A stretch of DNA of 64,000 nucleotides from Chloroflexota bacterium (lineage in GTDB: Bacteria > Chloroflexota > Limnocylindria > Limnocylindrales > CSP1-4). Of the stretch, positions 62,950 to 64,000 are shown one piece after another. Numbering within the stretch: position 1 is the first letter of the stretch; each line of letters starts with the position of its first letter. Where the stretch lies: the NCBI GenBank assembly GCA_034435355.1, contig DAOTXE010000036.1:12071-76070 (forward strand), written 5' to 3'. The notes beneath the pieces are model-generated. The model searched no databases. It worked only from the letters and a program-made list of their open reading frames with translations, and was not told the DNA's origin. The translations under genes were made by a program, and so were the position numbers.

Positions 62950-63990
62950 GTGGACGACCCGCCGCCCCTCGAGAAGTTCCTCGCGAGCCTCGCGGCCCGC
63001 GACGCCTCGCCGCACACGCTGCGGGCATACCGGACGGCGGTCGGCGCCTACCTCGCCTGGCTCGCCTCCTCGGGTTCCGGCTGGCGAGCGCCCTCGCGCA
63101 CGGTCCTGCGCGCGTATCTCGCGGAGCTCGGCGACGGTCGCGCCCGCTCATCGGTCGGGCAGCGCCTGGCGGCGATCCGCTCATTCCACCGCTGGGCACG
63201 ACGGTCCGGGCTTGCCGACGCCGATCCGTGGGCGGCGCTGGCGACCCCGCGGCGGCCACGCCGCCTGCCCCCGGTCCTGACCGTGGCCGAGGTCGAGCGG
63301 ATCGTCGCGTCCGCCGGTCATCCCCCCCCCGCGAGCACGGTGCGACGGGCTGCGCATCACCAGGCGGCGCACGACGGGGATCCGCAGTCGACGACCGCGG
63401 GCCGCGACGCGCTCGAACGGGCCCTCTCCCTGCGCGACGTGGCGATCGTCGAGACCGCCTACGCCGCGGGGCTGCGGATCGCCGAGCTCGCCGGCCTGAC
63501 CCTCGACAACCTCGATCTCGCGCGCGGGGAGCTCCGGGTCCTCGGCAAGGGCAGGAAGGAACGCGCCGGTCTCCTTGGTCGACCCGCCCGAAGGGCGCTT
63601 GCCGGATATCTGACGGAAGGCCGGCCGATGCTCCTGGGCCGGGCCCGTCCGGGGCCGGCGCCGGACGCGGTCTTCCTCAATGCCCGGGGGGCACGGCTCG
63701 GTGCGCGCGGGATGCGCTATCGCCTCGACGCGGCGTTCGTGCGGGCAGGCGCCCCGGAAGGAACGCACCCGCACACGCTGCGCCATTCGTTCGCCACCCA
63801 CCTGCTCGACGGCGGCGCCGACCTCCGGGTCGTCCAGGAGCTCCTCGGCCATGCGAGCCTCGCGACGACGCAGGTCTACACGCACGTCTCGCCCGCACGG
63901 CTGCGGGTCGCCTACTCGGGTGCCCACCCCCGCGCGCATTCGGCCGCCCGGGGATCCGCGCCCGCTGACGAGACGCCTGGCGCCCGGTGA
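62950..63990 (+). CDS. xerC: Tyrosine recombinase XerC/XerD family
   Basis: Motifs ETAYAAGLRIAEL, GKGRKER, HTLRHSFATHLL and LGHASLATTQVYTHV. A roughly 30-aa insertion lies between the N- and C-domains. It is in housekeeping synteny after topA. Confidence 0.85.
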   Translation: MDDPPPLEKFLASLAARDASPHTLRAYRTAVGAYLAWLASSGSGWRAPSRTVLRAYLAELGDGRARSSVGQRLAAIRSFHRWARRSGLADADPWAALATPRRPRRLPPVLTVAEVERIVASAGHPPPASTVRRAAHHQAAHDGDPQSTTAGRDALERALSLRDVAIVETAYAAGLRIAELAGLTLDNLDLARGELRVLGKGRKERAGLLGRPARRALAGYLTEGRPMLLGRARPGPAPDAVFLNARGARLGARGMRYRLDAAFVRAGAPEGTHPHTLRHSFATHLLDGGADLRVVQELLGHASLATTQVYTHVSPARLRVAYSGAHPRAHSAARGSAPADETPGAR

Positions 63991-64000
63991 CTGGCGGCCG

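Noticed and set aside
62950-63990. Tyrosine recombinase as a marker of an integrated mobile element. I also considered the tRNA at 41777 as an integration hotspot.
   Set aside because: The recombinase has the XerC/D motif set and sits in the housekeeping dprA/topA/xerC neighbourhood. I noticed no flanking direct repeats, phage genes or plasmid genes. The tRNA is followed by a terminator and ftsH, not by an integrase.
1-64000. Defence systems (restriction-modification, toxin-antitoxin, Cas, abortive infection and similar) or biosynthetic gene clusters
   Set aside because: I recognised no characteristic domains. The helicase/nuclease genes present fit DNA-repair families, and the remaining unknowns are single small proteins rather than multi-gene accessory islands.

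Overview
This is a very GC-rich (judged by eye, not computed), gene-dense stretch of core chromosome. I found no clear mobile element, CRISPR array, prophage or recognisable defence island. I call 55 protein genes, one tRNA(CAT), one in-frame coding tandem repeat, and a set of candidate -10 promoters and hairpin terminators. Thirteen gene junctions show 4-nt ATGA/GTGA start-stop overlaps, which indicates tightly coupled operons. Synteny looks like a high-GC Gram-positive (Actinomycetota-like) genome, with fhaA-fhaB-rodA-pbpA and comM-dprA ... topA-xerC.

Content from left to right:
- ROK (partial), an amylosucrase-like GH13 and an alpha-glucosidase.
- An operon of small Zn-ribbon and HTH proteins ending in a YihY membrane protein.
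- A divergent multi-zinc-ribbon protein whose linker carries perfect tandem repeats.
- An FHA/RodA/PBP operon, then MoxR-DUF58-transglutaminase.
- A coupled aminotransferase-SerA-histidine-phosphatase operon, then RarA.
- A UvrD-like helicase fused to a Cas4/AddB-type nuclease.
- An M20 amidohydrolase, a methyltransferase, REC-ParA/CpaE-like ATPase number 1, and MurI.
- A DUF2342 metalloprotease, a 2-hydroxyacid dehydrogenase, YchF, a PfkB kinase, and a class V desulfurase-like enzyme.
- A MrfA/MrfB-like helicase-exonuclease pair, an FtsB-like protein, the tRNA, FtsH, and an M20 dipeptidase.
- A stand-alone DnaB C-terminal-domain ATPase, PPase, ThpR, TrpB2, TyrA, and a Nudix-like protein.
- NfeD-stomatin, REC-CpaE/TadZ-like ATPase number 2, ComM, DprA, a CAP-domain/Ig-like secreted protein, TopA, and XerC.

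I cannot point to a convincing new system. The best second-look candidates are:
- The two orphan REC-ParA/CpaE paralogs, each degenerate in a different domain.
- The repeat-bearing multi-zinc-ribbon protein divergent from the kinase-less FHA-RodA-PBP operon.
- The N-terminally truncated DnaB-like ATPase.
- The histidine-phosphatase gene coupled to serA, a candidate non-canonical phosphoserine phosphatase.
- A recurrent extended -10 motif (TGnTAGnnT) placed 6-8 nt from start codons, which suggests widespread leaderless transcription.

All family names come from motif recognition in the supplied translations. No database search was run.
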